Shown here: positions 38,748 to 48,738 of the stretch, piece by piece
Position numbering within the stretch: position 1 is the first letter of the stretch
Layout: every line of letters begins with the position of its first letter
From: Hyphomicrobiales bacterium
GTDB lineage: Bacteria; Pseudomonadota; Alphaproteobacteria; Rhizobiales; Xanthobacteraceae
DNA length: 64,000 bases
Reading direction: 5' to 3'
Assembly (NCBI GenBank): GCA_017305715.1
Contig: JAFKKG010000030.1
Coordinates: 3,728 to 67,727 of the forward strand
Made by a program: the position numbers and the translations under genes
Notes under the pieces: generated by a model
The model's input: the letters and a program-made list of their open reading frames with translations, nothing else
Told to the model about the DNA's origin: nothing
The model's database searches: none

Positions 38748-39914
38748 ATGGACTTTCAATTCACCGATCGGCAGCGCGAACTCATCGATCACGCCGGTGA
38801 GCACTATCAACGGTCGCTCAAGCAACTGGCTTCCGATCACAGCCGCGAGGGTATCGCGCGGTTGCGCGGCAAGATGGCCGAGGCGGGGCTGCTCGGTCTC
38901 AATATGCCGGAGGAGTATGGCGGGGCCGGCCTGCCTCTTCTCGATACGCTCCTCGTCATCCAGAAGCTGCAATCCTGCGCCTCGATCGTCGGCGCTCTGG
39001 CGCATCGCAGTTCGACCGGGGCGATCGGGGCCATCCTCGAACTTGGGACACCGCAGCAAAAGTCTTTCTTCGTCGGCGGCGTCTGCCGCGGCGAGTTCGG
39101 CGTGAGCATCGGCATCACGGAGCCGGAAGCCGGGTCGGCTGCGACGGCGATGAAAACCGCTGCGCGTCACGACGGCAACGATACCGTCGTGCTGAACGGC
39201 AAGAAGCAGTTCGTCAGCTTCGTCGACCACAACAGCTTCACGCTCACCTATTGCCGTTTCGGCAGCACGGGAAAGCCCGCCGATATCGGAGCGGTGATCG
39301 TGCCGCATGATGCGCCGGGCTTCTCGCACAGCCAGGGCGGGATCAACATGGCGGATGAGAGGCTGTTCGAGCTGTTTTTCGATGACTGCCGCGTGCCCGC
39401 CCAGAATGTGCTTCTGAACGGCAATGCCTTCGGGCGGCTGATCAGCGTCTATAACGCCGAACGACTCGGGAGCATCGCGCGGATGCTCGGATCGGCGCAA
39501 GCCTCGTTCGAACTCGCCGTCGACTACGCGAAAGAGCGGCGTCAGTTCGGCCGCGAGATCGCGGACTTCCAGGGCGTGCAATGGATGCTGGCCGACATGA
39601 AGGTGAAGCTCGAGGCCGCCCAGCTGCTGACCTATCGGGCGGCGTCGAATGCCGGCCACGGCCTGCCGAGCCGCAGCGAGGTCTCGATCGCGAAGGTCTA
39701 TACCGCGCAGGCGGCTCGCGAGATCTGCGACGATGCGCTCCAGATCCATGGCGCCAATGGCTACATGAAGGAATTCCCGCTCGCCCAACGCTACGCCGAA
39801 GTCCGTGGCGGCTCGATCTATGGTGGGACGATCCAGATCCACAAGAACATGATCGCGGGCGATCTGCTGGGCCGCTCGAACAACCAATGGAAGCGCGCCG
39901 AGAAGGCGGGCTGA
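38748..39914 (+). CDS. Acyl-CoA dehydrogenase family protein (motifs resemble the 3-sulfinopropionyl-CoA desulfinase clade)
   Basis: ITEPEAGSAA, RRQFGREIADFQGVQWMLADM, LQIHGANGY; SSTGAIGAI and YNAERLG; IYGGT rather than IYEGT. Confidence 0.85.
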   Translation: MDFQFTDRQRELIDHAGEHYQRSLKQLASDHSREGIARLRGKMAEAGLLGLNMPEEYGGAGLPLLDTLLVIQKLQSCASIVGALAHRSSTGAIGAILELGTPQQKSFFVGGVCRGEFGVSIGITEPEAGSAATAMKTAARHDGNDTVVLNGKKQFVSFVDHNSFTLTYCRFGSTGKPADIGAVIVPHDAPGFSHSQGGINMADERLFELFFDDCRVPAQNVLLNGNAFGRLISVYNAERLGSIARMLGSAQASFELAVDYAKERRQFGREIADFQGVQWMLADMKVKLEAAQLLTYRAASNAGHGLPSRSEVSIAKVYTAQAAREICDDALQIHGANGYMKEFPLAQRYAEVRGGSIYGGTIQIHKNMIAGDLLGRSNNQWKRAEKAG

Positions 39915-39918
39915 CGCC

Positions 39919-41466
39919 GTGGCCGGCGATATCGATGTCGGTGCGCTTGCAGGATTGATGGCGCAGCGTCCGCGTTCGCTCGCTGTTTTCGACATCCGCG
40001 AGGCAGGCGAAGCCGAGCAGGGGCATCTGCCGTTTGCGACCTTCCTGCCGCGCCGACTGATCGAATGGCGGATCGGAGAACTCGTTCCGTCCACCGCACA
40101 GGACATCGTCGTCTATGATGACGGCGCGGGGGACGGACGTGCGGCGCTTGCCGCCGCAACGCTCGGCGAATTCGGCTATCGCGCTGTCCGTATCCTCACC
40201 GGTGGCCTCGGCGCCTGGAGGGCTGCGGGCCGTCCCGTCGCAACCGGCGTGAACGTTCCCAGCAAGCGTTTCGGGGAAGAGATCCTCGAACATGACGGCG
40301 TGAAGTCGATCGATGCCGATCGTCTCGCGCAGATGCAAGCCGCCGGCGAGACCTTCGAGCAATGGGATGTGCGCACGCCGGCCGAGTTCGGCCGCGCTAC
40401 GCTGCCCGGCAGCCGCAATGTTCCAGGCGTCGAGATCGCCGGCCGGGCGGCGGAGGCGGCGCGCGACGGCCGGCTGGTCGTGGTTCACTGCGCGGGGCGG
40501 ACGCGTGGGGTGATCGCCGCCGCGACCCTCGCGCTGCTTGGCGTTGAGCGGGTCGTCACGCTGGAGAACGGCACGATGGGCTGGCGCCTTTCCGGCCGCA
40601 GCCTCGTGCCGGGAGAACGCAGCGGGGCGTCGTCCGATGGCGACGCCGCCGTCGATGGTGCCGTCGCCAATGCCTTGGCGGATGCGAGTGGCGTGTTGCG
40701 TCTCGCGCCCGCTGAAGTCCGGCACCGGGCCAGCCGGCAAGCGTCGGAGCCTGTCATCCTCGTGGATGTGCGGAGCGAGGAAGCCTATTTGGCGGGGCAT
40801 ATCGCGTCCTCCTGCTCGCGGCCCGGCGGGCAGCTCATTCAGTGCACGGACGAAGTTCTCGCGGTTGAAGCGGTACCCGTCATTCTCGTCGACGACGGTA
40901 ACGGGCGCGCGGTCATGGCCGCCCATTGGCTGCGCCGGATGGGATTTCCGGAGGTCGCATTGCTCGAAGGAGGTATTCCGGCCTGGCGCGCCGCGGGCCT
41001 TCCACTCGCAAGAGGTCCGGCCGCGATCCCGACATGGCTCATCGGCCTGCGCGACAGGGTCCCTTCGATGGCACCGAACCGCCTCGACGGGACGTCCCGC
41101 ATCGTGCTCGACGTCGGCACGAGCCGCGACTTCAAGAAGGGTCACATTCCCGGCGCGCGCTGGCTGCCCCGGGGTTGGCTCGAGGCGCGGCTCGGCGAGA
41201 TCGAGCATCACGATCGCGAGATGGTTGTGACGGCCGCGGATGAAAGCCAAGCTATCCTGGCGGCCGCGACGCTGCTCCGGCTCGGACACCGCGCCAGTTG
41301 GCTCGCGGGCGGAAATGCCGGCTGGGTCGCGCAGGGCGGGACCCTGGAGTCGACCGAAGATCTTGCTCTCGATCTGCCGCCGGATGTCGTCGATCCGCCC
41401 TATCTGAAGGGAGAGGCGGGGATGCGGGCCTATCTCGAATGGGAGATCGCCCTGACGGAGCGATAA
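39919..41466 (+). CDS. Four-domain rhodanese-type sulfurtransferase (PA2603-like)
   Basis: Four repeats of D[IV]R/DVG...GH[LI]P; VNVPSKRFGE; HCAGRTR active-site loop in domain 2. Confidence 0.85.
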   Translation: MAGDIDVGALAGLMAQRPRSLAVFDIREAGEAEQGHLPFATFLPRRLIEWRIGELVPSTAQDIVVYDDGAGDGRAALAAATLGEFGYRAVRILTGGLGAWRAAGRPVATGVNVPSKRFGEEILEHDGVKSIDADRLAQMQAAGETFEQWDVRTPAEFGRATLPGSRNVPGVEIAGRAAEAARDGRLVVVHCAGRTRGVIAAATLALLGVERVVTLENGTMGWRLSGRSLVPGERSGASSDGDAAVDGAVANALADASGVLRLAPAEVRHRASRQASEPVILVDVRSEEAYLAGHIASSCSRPGGQLIQCTDEVLAVEAVPVILVDDGNGRAVMAAHWLRRMGFPEVALLEGGIPAWRAAGLPLARGPAAIPTWLIGLRDRVPSMAPNRLDGTSRIVLDVGTSRDFKKGHIPGARWLPRGWLEARLGEIEHHDREMVVTAADESQAILAAATLLRLGHRASWLAGGNAGWVAQGGTLESTEDLALDLPPDVVDPPYLKGEAGMRAYLEWEIALTER

Positions 41467-41473
41467 TGCAAAC

Positions 41474-42856
41474 TCAGATGATGGTCGCCGACATGATCGG
41501 CCGGCTGTCGAGCATGCCCTTCAGTGTGATCAGGCCCCGATGCAGCAGGTTATCCCCGGCGCCTGGACTGAGTGACAGCCGTACCGCGCCAGGCGGGCGT
41601 ACGCCGTCGGTTGCGAAATTGTCGGCGGCGACCACGGCCACGCCCTTTCGGCGCGCGGCCGCCTCGAAATCCAGTGGCCGCCATTCCGGCGGCAGGCTCA
41701 ACCACATATGGACCGAAGCCGGATGAGAGCGAACCCGATCGGGTCCGAGAAAGTCGACCGCGAAGGCGACACGCTCGGCGATGATCTCGCGCATTCGCGC
41801 GATCACCCGGTCAAGTTCGGGATGGCTGAGGATGCTCGATACCATCTCGCCGACGAACGGCGTGGGGCCGAGCGTCATCGCGTGGAGCGTGTTTGACAGG
41901 GCCTCGTTGAGCGCGGGCGGGCAGACGATAAACCCGGTCCGGAAAGCCGGGCTCAGCCCCTTGGCGAGGCCGGTCGAATAGACGGTTCTCTCGGGCGCGA
42001 GCGCAGCGAGCGGTGCCGGGCGCTCCGCCAAAATTGCGGCCTGGGCGTCGTCCTCGAACAGCGTGAGCCTGAGCTCTTCGGCGACATCCGCGATCGCCTG
42101 CCGGCGTTCGAGGCTCATCGTGGCGATCGTCGGATTGTGCAGGGTTGTTTGAAGCGCGACGACGCTGGCGCCGGTTCGCGCGACGGCTTCGCGCAACGCC
42201 TCCGGACGCATGCCCTCCCGGTCCATGCCGACGCCGACGAGGCGCAGTCCCTGCAGTCCCGCAAGCGCCTTCAGGCCCGGATAGGTCAGTTCATCCGTCA
42301 GGATTGTGTCGCCGGGCCCGGCGAGTGTCGCCAGCGTGACATGGATCGCCTGCTGTACGCCGGCGCAGATCAAGACGTCTTCCGCACGCACCGAGAGCCC
42401 CAGCCGGCCAAGCCATTCGGCTGCGACGGCGCGATGGGCCGGGAGCCCGGCCGCGGGCGGATATTTCTGGAGCGGCAGAAGGGCTGCGCGCTGGGCCAAG
42501 GTCGTCAACGACGCCGAGACGAGATCGCCAAGGCCTGCGATTGGCGCGCGGTAGCAGGAAAAATCGACCGTACGCTCGAGTGCGGCAGGCCGGAATTCCA
42601 GTCGCTGTCCGACATTCCGTCCCGCTTTCACGAAGGTGCCACGACCGACCTCGCCTGTGACGAGATTCTTCTCGCTGGCCAGCGCATAGGCGCGCGTCAC
42701 CGTTCCGACCGTGACACCCAGACTTTCGGCCAGATCCCGTTGGGGCGGCAGCTGAGTGCCAGGAGGCAATTCGCCATTGTCGATCGCTTGCGCGATCGCA
42801 GTCGCGATCACGATGTAGCGGGGGCCTTCGAGATCGCGGATATCAGGTGTCCACAT
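41474..42856 (-). CDS. MocR/GabR family regulator (GntR wHTH plus PLP aminotransferase-like domain)
   Basis: GPRYIVIA, LPPQRDLAESLGVTVGTVTRAY, GEVGRGTFV, TLHNPT, FEDD, GLAKGLSPAFRTG. Confidence 0.92.
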   Translation of the reverse strand: MWTPDIRDLEGPRYIVIATAIAQAIDNGELPPGTQLPPQRDLAESLGVTVGTVTRAYALASEKNLVTGEVGRGTFVKAGRNVGQRLEFRPAALERTVDFSCYRAPIAGLGDLVSASLTTLAQRAALLPLQKYPPAAGLPAHRAVAAEWLGRLGLSVRAEDVLICAGVQQAIHVTLATLAGPGDTILTDELTYPGLKALAGLQGLRLVGVGMDREGMRPEALREAVARTGASVVALQTTLHNPTIATMSLERRQAIADVAEELRLTLFEDDAQAAILAERPAPLAALAPERTVYSTGLAKGLSPAFRTGFIVCPPALNEALSNTLHAMTLGPTPFVGEMVSSILSHPELDRVIARMREIIAERVAFAVDFLGPDRVRSHPASVHMWLSLPPEWRPLDFEAAARRKGVAVVAADNFATDGVRPPGAVRLSLSPGAGDNLLHRGLITLKGMLDSRPIMSATII

Positions 42857-42937
42857 GGGTATGTCCGTCGCCGTGCCTCTGAGAGAAAAATCTGGCGCAT
42901 AGGGAATGCATCTTAGCATATAATGACATTGACGTCG

Positions 42938-42968
42938 ATTGTATCCATGTCCTAATCTTGGATGTATC
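42938..42968. promoter_or_regulatory. Putative MocR operator (site B) between divergent mocR and CoA ligase genes
   Basis: ATTGTATC at 42938 and a second TGTATC 23 bp downstream. Confidence 0.5.
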
Positions 42969-43013
42969 GATCCAGCCTCGGGGGGCTGGGAGGGACAGTA
43001 CGACGGATTGTGG

Positions 43014-44660
43014 ATGGCGGCACCAGGAAATCCCTTTGTCGGCGCAACCTACGGCTCGGCCTTGAGGTGGCTCGCGGATCAATTCGGCCCGCGCGAGGCG
43101 TTGGTCTTCGGAGGCGAGAGATACACGTTTGCCGAGGTGAAACGTCGGGTCGACGAGGCCTCCCGCCGCTTCGAGGCGCTCGGTTTGCGGCCCGGCGATC
43201 GCGTGGCGTTGTGGCTGCCCAATCGGCCGGAATTCCTCTGGTGCTGGCTGGGTGCATCGCAAATCGGCTTGATCACCGTCGTGCTTAATACGCGCCTCAA
43301 GCTGCCGGAGGTCCGCTATCAGCTCGCGCAATCCGATAGTAATGCGCTGATCATTCCGGGTCGCGGTTCATTTCGCGATTTCCCCGCCGAAATTGCCGAA
43401 TTGTGCCCGGAGGTGCGGGTACAGTCGGCGCAAGCTCTGGCGACGGCCGAATTACCCGGACTTCGGCGTATCGTGACGCTCGATACCGGGCTCGGCTGGC
43501 CGGGACTGGTCGAATGGTCGCCATTCGGCCGCGCGACAGAGGCGGCGGCGCCCCCTGCCTATGCGGAAAATCCCAACGAGCCCGCCCTGATTTCCTATAG
43601 CTCCGGGACCACGGCGCTTCCGAAGGGGGCGTTGATTACACATTGCGTGTGGCGCAAGGCTTTCGACATCGGCGAGCGCGCTGATCTCACCTCCGAAGAT
43701 CGCCTTTATCTCTGCATCCCGCTGTTCGGTTCGATGGCGATGATGAATGGTGTCCTGCCGTTTTGGGCCCGCGGTGCGTCGGTCGTTCTCGCGGAACGGT
43801 TCGAGGTGCGCGAATTCCTGCGGGGCGTTTCGCAAGAGCGCTGCACAGCGACGCATTTCCTGCCGCCGATGGTCGAATCGCTCGTCGCCTCGTCCGAGCG
43901 CGCCGATTTCGACCTGTCGCGCCTGCGACTTGGCTGGGTGCTCAGCAGTGAGCGCCGAATTTTGGAATTGGTCGCGCACGATCTTGCCGTTCCCGGCATG
44001 ATGACCGGATACGGCCTCACGGAAACGACGACCGTTCTGACGCGCAACCGGTGGGATGATCCACTCGAGACGCGGATCACGACGCAGGGCTATGCGCTGC
44101 CGGACGTCGAACTGCGTGTCGTCGATCCCGAATCGGGCCGCGATGTCGCGACGGGCGACACAGGGGAGATCTGGGCCCGCGGCTATTGCATCACGCCCGG
44201 CTATTTCAGGAAGCCTGAAGAGAGCAGCAAGGCGCTAACGCCGGACGGATGGTTCAAGACGGGCGATGGCGGCTCGCTGGATGAGACGGGGCGGCTGACG
44301 TTTCGCGGGCGCCTTGGCGACGGTTACAAAAGCCGCGGTTTCAACGTCTCGCCGGCCGAGATCGAAGCCGTGCTCCTCGAGCACGCCGACGTCGAGGCGG
44401 CTGCCGTGGTCGGCGTCGCGCATCCGCGTTGGGGGCAGGTGGGCATCGCCTTCGTGGTCCCAGTCGAAGGCCGCGCTGCGGATCCGGCGGAACTCGCCAA
44501 ATATCTCAAGCCGCGCCTGTCGTCGTTCAAGCTTCCGGAACTGATCACGTGCGTGTCCGAACTCCCGCTGACGGCCGGGACCGGAAAAATCCAGAAATTC
44601 GTTTTGCGGGCGGAGGGAGAGCGTCTGCTCGCCGGCCGGCTGGCCGTCTCGCCGGGATGA
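43014..44660 (+). CDS. Acyl-CoA synthetase (AMP-forming)
   Basis: YSSGTTALPKG, GYGLTET, GEIWARG, WFKTGDGG, GFNVSPAEIE, KIQK. Confidence 0.9.
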   Translation: MAAPGNPFVGATYGSALRWLADQFGPREALVFGGERYTFAEVKRRVDEASRRFEALGLRPGDRVALWLPNRPEFLWCWLGASQIGLITVVLNTRLKLPEVRYQLAQSDSNALIIPGRGSFRDFPAEIAELCPEVRVQSAQALATAELPGLRRIVTLDTGLGWPGLVEWSPFGRATEAAAPPAYAENPNEPALISYSSGTTALPKGALITHCVWRKAFDIGERADLTSEDRLYLCIPLFGSMAMMNGVLPFWARGASVVLAERFEVREFLRGVSQERCTATHFLPPMVESLVASSERADFDLSRLRLGWVLSSERRILELVAHDLAVPGMMTGYGLTETTTVLTRNRWDDPLETRITTQGYALPDVELRVVDPESGRDVATGDTGEIWARGYCITPGYFRKPEESSKALTPDGWFKTGDGGSLDETGRLTFRGRLGDGYKSRGFNVSPAEIEAVLLEHADVEAAAVVGVAHPRWGQVGIAFVVPVEGRAADPAELAKYLKPRLSSFKLPELITCVSELPLTAGTGKIQKFVLRAEGERLLAGRLAVSPG

Positions 44661-44741
44661 GCGAGAAGGCCGAGTTCAACCGAATCGACCGCAGTGTCGG
44701 GAAAAAGCAAACCGGGGCGTAACGCTCGCAAGGAGGGAAGA

Positions 44742-46283
44742 ATGTTCAGTCGCCGCGATTTCGGAGCTGCGATCGGTGCGGCCGCAGTTCTTGGAACGAT
44801 TGGCAGGGCCAATGCGCAATCCAGCCCCAAGCCTGCCGTCGACAAGGACACCCTTGTTATCGCGCTGGAGAAGGAGATTCAGAGTCTCGACGCCCTGGTG
44901 ACAGCCAGCGGCGATTCGCAGCGCTATGCGCTCCAACTGTTCGATTCGCTCTACGGATTCGATCTCAAGGGCCGGACGGTCCCCCGCATGGCGACGGAGG
45001 TGAAGGTCTCCGACGACGGGCTCAGCTATACCTACAAGCTTCGTCCCGGCATTCGCTTTCACAATGGCGATCCGCTGACCTCCGAGGACGTCAAGTTCAC
45101 GATGGAGCGGGTGATCGATCCCGCCGCCAAGAGCACGCGACGGCCGTTCTTCGCGCCGATCATCGCCGGCGTCGAGACGCCCGACCCGTTGACGGTCGTC
45201 TTCAAGCTCAAGCAGTCCGACGGCGCCTTCCTCAACAAGATCGCCGGCTTTCTGTTCATCGTCCCGAAGGCCTACACCAGCGGGTTGCCCAACACGGATG
45301 CCTTTGCCTCTGCGCCTATCGGCTCGGGTCCCTACAAGTTGAAGCGCCACAATATCGGTCAGACGCTCGAGCTGGAGCGGTTCGAGGATTTCTATGGCGA
45401 GAAGCCGGGCGTCAAAAACCTCATCATGAAGATGATCCCCGAGGGATCGACACGCGTGAATGCGCTGCTGACGGGGGAGGTCGATCTCGTCGTGCAGGCG
45501 CCGCTCAACGAAAAGGAACGGCTCAGCAAGACGCCGGGGCTGAAGACGCTGACCAACCCGGTCTCCGCCCCGATGCATGTCAGGCTCTATTCAGACGATG
45601 CCTCCTTGCCGGTCTCCAAGCGCGACGTGCGTCTCGCCCTGAACCACGCTCTTGATTCCAAAGCGATCATCCGCTCGGTTTATTACGGGGTCGGTCAGCC
45701 GATGGGAACGTTCATCTCGGCATTTTACCCTTACGGGTCAGATCCCGACACCAAGCCCTATGCGTACGATCCCAAGAAGGCCCGCGAGCTTCTCAAGAAG
45801 GCGGGCTATCCGGATGGTTTCCAGCTCAAGCTCTACAGCGCCAACGACCATCCCAAGGAATTGGCGGAAGCCATCGCCGCCTATTGGGGCCAGGTCGGCG
45901 TGAAGACCGAAATCCTGCGCATCGACTACGCCGCCTGGAGCCGGCTCAACAATACCCACAAGAGCGGCCCGGCGACGATCACGCAATTCACCAATGCCAT
46001 CTACGATCCGATCCACCCGGTGGCCGGCTCTTTCTCGAAGAACGGGACCTGGTCCAACTACTACAATCCGGAAGTCGAAGCGCTGATCGCGAAGCTTGAT
46101 TCCACGGTCGGTGCCGAGAAACGCGGCGCCGTCTTCCGCGAAATCGGGCGGCTGCTTCACGACGATGCGGCGGCGGTCTTCATCACCGAGCTGTTTCACC
46201 TGTTCAGCCACAAGAATGGGCTGCAATGGAGCATGCAGGAGGGGTCCGGATTCCTGAACCTCCGGCAAGTGTCCTGGTCGTGA
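44742..46283 (+). CDS. ABC substrate-binding protein, family 5, paralog 1 (Tat-like SRRDF signal)
   Basis: FHNGDPLTSEDVKF, IGSGPYK, RLNNTHKSGP; AGGAGG RBS. Confidence 0.9.
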   Translation: MFSRRDFGAAIGAAAVLGTIGRANAQSSPKPAVDKDTLVIALEKEIQSLDALVTASGDSQRYALQLFDSLYGFDLKGRTVPRMATEVKVSDDGLSYTYKLRPGIRFHNGDPLTSEDVKFTMERVIDPAAKSTRRPFFAPIIAGVETPDPLTVVFKLKQSDGAFLNKIAGFLFIVPKAYTSGLPNTDAFASAPIGSGPYKLKRHNIGQTLELERFEDFYGEKPGVKNLIMKMIPEGSTRVNALLTGEVDLVVQAPLNEKERLSKTPGLKTLTNPVSAPMHVRLYSDDASLPVSKRDVRLALNHALDSKAIIRSVYYGVGQPMGTFISAFYPYGSDPDTKPYAYDPKKARELLKKAGYPDGFQLKLYSANDHPKELAEAIAAYWGQVGVKTEILRIDYAAWSRLNNTHKSGPATITQFTNAIYDPIHPVAGSFSKNGTWSNYYNPEVEALIAKLDSTVGAEKRGAVFREIGRLLHDDAAAVFITELFHLFSHKNGLQWSMQEGSGFLNLRQVSWS

Positions 46284-46298
46284 TGCGTTTTGCGCCAA

Positions 46299-46344
46299 AT
46301 TGTCACTAGCATTGTATCGATAAGCTAGATACAATTGACACAAT
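46299..46344. promoter_or_regulatory. Putative MocR operator array (site C)
   Basis: Perfect ATTGTATC-N9-GATACAAT (46311-46335) flanked by ATTGTCAC (46299) and GACACAAT (46337). Confidence 0.65.
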
Positions 46345-46356
46345 CAGAGAGCCAAA

Positions 46357-47160
46357 ATGGCTCTCCAATCGGATGAGACAATGTCAGGGCGGAAACACGG
46401 GCGCGTCGCGCTCATCACCGGTGGCGCCGGTGGCATCGGTTTCGCGACAGCCGAGCGGCTGGCGCGCGACGGCGCCGCAATCGCGATTTGCGATCTCGAC
46501 GGCGCGGCGGCGCAGGAAGCCGCCGCCCGGATCAATGCGAGCCATGGCGTGCCGGCGCGGGGCTATCAGGCCAATGTCGGCGAGCCCGATGCGGTCGAAC
46601 AACTCGTCGCGGAGGTGGTGCGGGAGCTCGGATCGCTCGATATCCTCGTGAACAATGCGGGGGTCACCCGCGACAACCTCGTCCACAAGATGAGCCTGCA
46701 GAACTGGGACGACATCATGTTCGTCCATCTGCGCGGGGCGTTCCTGTGCAGCAGCGCCGCGCAGCGGGTTATGGTGGAGCGCGGCTGGGGGCGGATCGTG
46801 AATCTGTCCTCGACGTCCGCGCTCGGCAATCGCGGTCAGGTCAACTACTCGACGGCCAAGGCGGGCTTGCAGGGCTTCACGCGATCGCTCGCGCTCGAAC
46901 TCGGCCGCTTCGGCGTTACGGTGAACTGCGTCGCACCGGGCTTCATCGACACGGAAATGACACGCAAGACGGCGACGAGGCTCGGAAAAGATCCGGAGGC
47001 CTACAAGGCGGAGCGCGCGAAGGGCATCGCGGTCGGGCGTGTCGGGGTGCCGGCCGACGTCGCCGCCGTGATCGCTTTCCTGGCCGACGACGAGGCGTCC
47101 TACGTGTCCGGCCAGGTCATCTATGTCAGCGGCGGGCCGGAAACCCGTCGCGGCGGCTGA
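46357..47160 (+). CDS. SDR oxidoreductase, FabG-like 3-oxoacyl-CoA/ACP reductase
   Basis: ITGGAGGIG, LVNNAG, NYSTAK, VAPGFIDT; start may be 46381. Confidence 0.88.
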   Translation: MALQSDETMSGRKHGRVALITGGAGGIGFATAERLARDGAAIAICDLDGAAAQEAAARINASHGVPARGYQANVGEPDAVEQLVAEVVRELGSLDILVNNAGVTRDNLVHKMSLQNWDDIMFVHLRGAFLCSSAAQRVMVERGWGRIVNLSSTSALGNRGQVNYSTAKAGLQGFTRSLALELGRFGVTVNCVAPGFIDTEMTRKTATRLGKDPEAYKAERAKGIAVGRVGVPADVAAVIAFLADDEASYVSGQVIYVSGGPETRRGG

Positions 47161-47171
47161 GAGGGGACATC

Positions 47172-48713
47172 ATGACAACCGGCATCGCGCGGCATCTTCG
47201 GACGCTCTCTCTTGTGAGCGTGCTCCTCGCCCCTGTTCCGGCGGCCGCAATCGGCGGCAAGCCGGCCGTCGACCGGGACACGGTCGTCATGGCGGTCAGC
47301 AAGGAGATATTCAATCTCGATGGGCAGGTCACCGCCAGCGGCGATTCCCAACGCTACGGCTGGCAACTCTACGACACGCTCTACGCGCTCGACCGCAACG
47401 GCGACATCGTGCCGAGGCTGGCGGCGGGCATGACCCGGTCCGAGGACGGTCTCACCTATACGTTCACGCTGCGGACCGACGTGAAGTTTCACAATGGCGA
47501 GTTGATGACGGCCGAGGATGTGGCCTACTCGATGGATCGGATTCTCGATCCAGCCGTGAAAAGCACCCGCCGTCCCGCCTTCGCGCCCGTCGTCGCCAAA
47601 TCGGAAGCCAAGGACGCGAAGACGGTCGTCTTCACGCTCAAGGAGCCGGACGGGGCGTTCCTCAACAAGATCGCCGGCTATCTCTTCATCGTGCCCAAGG
47701 CCTATACGCAATCGCTCGGAAGCCCCGAGGCGTTTGCGCGCGCGCCCATCGGCACCGGCCCGTATCGTTTCGTCGAGCAGAAGATCGGCCAGTTCGTCAC
47801 ATTCGAACGCTTCGATGACTACTTTGGTCCGAAACCCGGCATCAAGCGCCTGATCATGCGCCTGATCGAGGAACCCTCGAGCCGGGTGAATGCGCTCCTG
47901 ACAGGCGAAGTCGATCTGAGCGACGGCATTCCGACCGCCGAGATCGAGCGGCTCAAGAAGACGCCCGGCCTCACGGTCCATTCCGTCCCGATCGGGAGCC
48001 CGCTCGGGGTTCGCCTCTACGCCAACGATCCGTCGCTGCCGATCTCGAAGGCGAAGGTGCGGCTTGCCTTCAACTACGCCATCGACGCCAACGCCTTGAT
48101 CAAGAACGTGCTGCACGGCGCCGGGGCGCCGCTCACGAGCTATATCTCGTCCTACTATTCCTATGGCGTGAACCGCGACCTCAAGCCCTACGGCTACAAT
48201 CCCGGCAAGGCGAAACAACTGCTGAAAGAGGCCGGCTATCCCAACGGCTTCGAGATCTCGATCTATTCGTCGAGTGATTGGCCGAAGGAGATCGCCGAGA
48301 CATTGGCCGCCTATTGGTCCCAGGTCGGCGTCAAGGCGAAGATTCAAAGGATCGACTACGCGGCCTGGAGCCGGCTCAACAACACCCACAAGAGCGGGCC
48401 GATGACCTTGATGCAGATGTCGAACGCCATCTTCGACCCGATCCATCCGGTGACGGGTGGGGCGAGCAAGGCCGGCACCTGGTCCGACTACTCGAATCCC
48501 GAGATCGAAGAGCTCATCCTCGAGGCGAACAAGACCGCCGACCGGTCCGAACGCGATCGGGTCTTCAAGCGGATCGGCGCGATCCTGCACGAGGATGCGC
48601 AGGCCGTGCTGATCACCGAGATATTCTATGTCTACGGCGCCGACAGCGCGTTGGATTGGGCGCCCCAGCCGGGCATCGCCTGGTACGACCTGCGCACGAT
48701 CCGCTGGAAGTGA
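47172..48713 (+). CDS. ABC substrate-binding protein, family 5, paralog 2
   Basis: FHNGELMTAEDV, IGTGPYRF, RLNNTHKSGP; GAGGGG RBS. Confidence 0.9.
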   Translation: MTTGIARHLRTLSLVSVLLAPVPAAAIGGKPAVDRDTVVMAVSKEIFNLDGQVTASGDSQRYGWQLYDTLYALDRNGDIVPRLAAGMTRSEDGLTYTFTLRTDVKFHNGELMTAEDVAYSMDRILDPAVKSTRRPAFAPVVAKSEAKDAKTVVFTLKEPDGAFLNKIAGYLFIVPKAYTQSLGSPEAFARAPIGTGPYRFVEQKIGQFVTFERFDDYFGPKPGIKRLIMRLIEEPSSRVNALLTGEVDLSDGIPTAEIERLKKTPGLTVHSVPIGSPLGVRLYANDPSLPISKAKVRLAFNYAIDANALIKNVLHGAGAPLTSYISSYYSYGVNRDLKPYGYNPGKAKQLLKEAGYPNGFEISIYSSSDWPKEIAETLAAYWSQVGVKAKIQRIDYAAWSRLNNTHKSGPMTLMQMSNAIFDPIHPVTGGASKAGTWSDYSNPEIEELILEANKTADRSERDRVFKRIGAILHEDAQAVLITEIFYVYGADSALDWAPQPGIAWYDLRTIRWK

Positions 48714-48738
48714 TGGGTATCGAAGGCGAGATGCGGCC

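Noticed and set aside
42893-42909. TGGCGC...TGC resembling a sigma-54 promoter
   Set aside because: The GG-to-GC spacing is 12 nt rather than the required 10, and no enhancer-binding protein gene is nearby.
46488-47171. Apparent 741-aa binding protein with an Arg-rich N-terminal extension; similar extensions at 49888, 35288-37309 and 2814-4370
   Set aside because: The extensions are out-of-frame read-through of the upstream gene. Internal starts with an RBS or stop/start overlaps give normal lengths.
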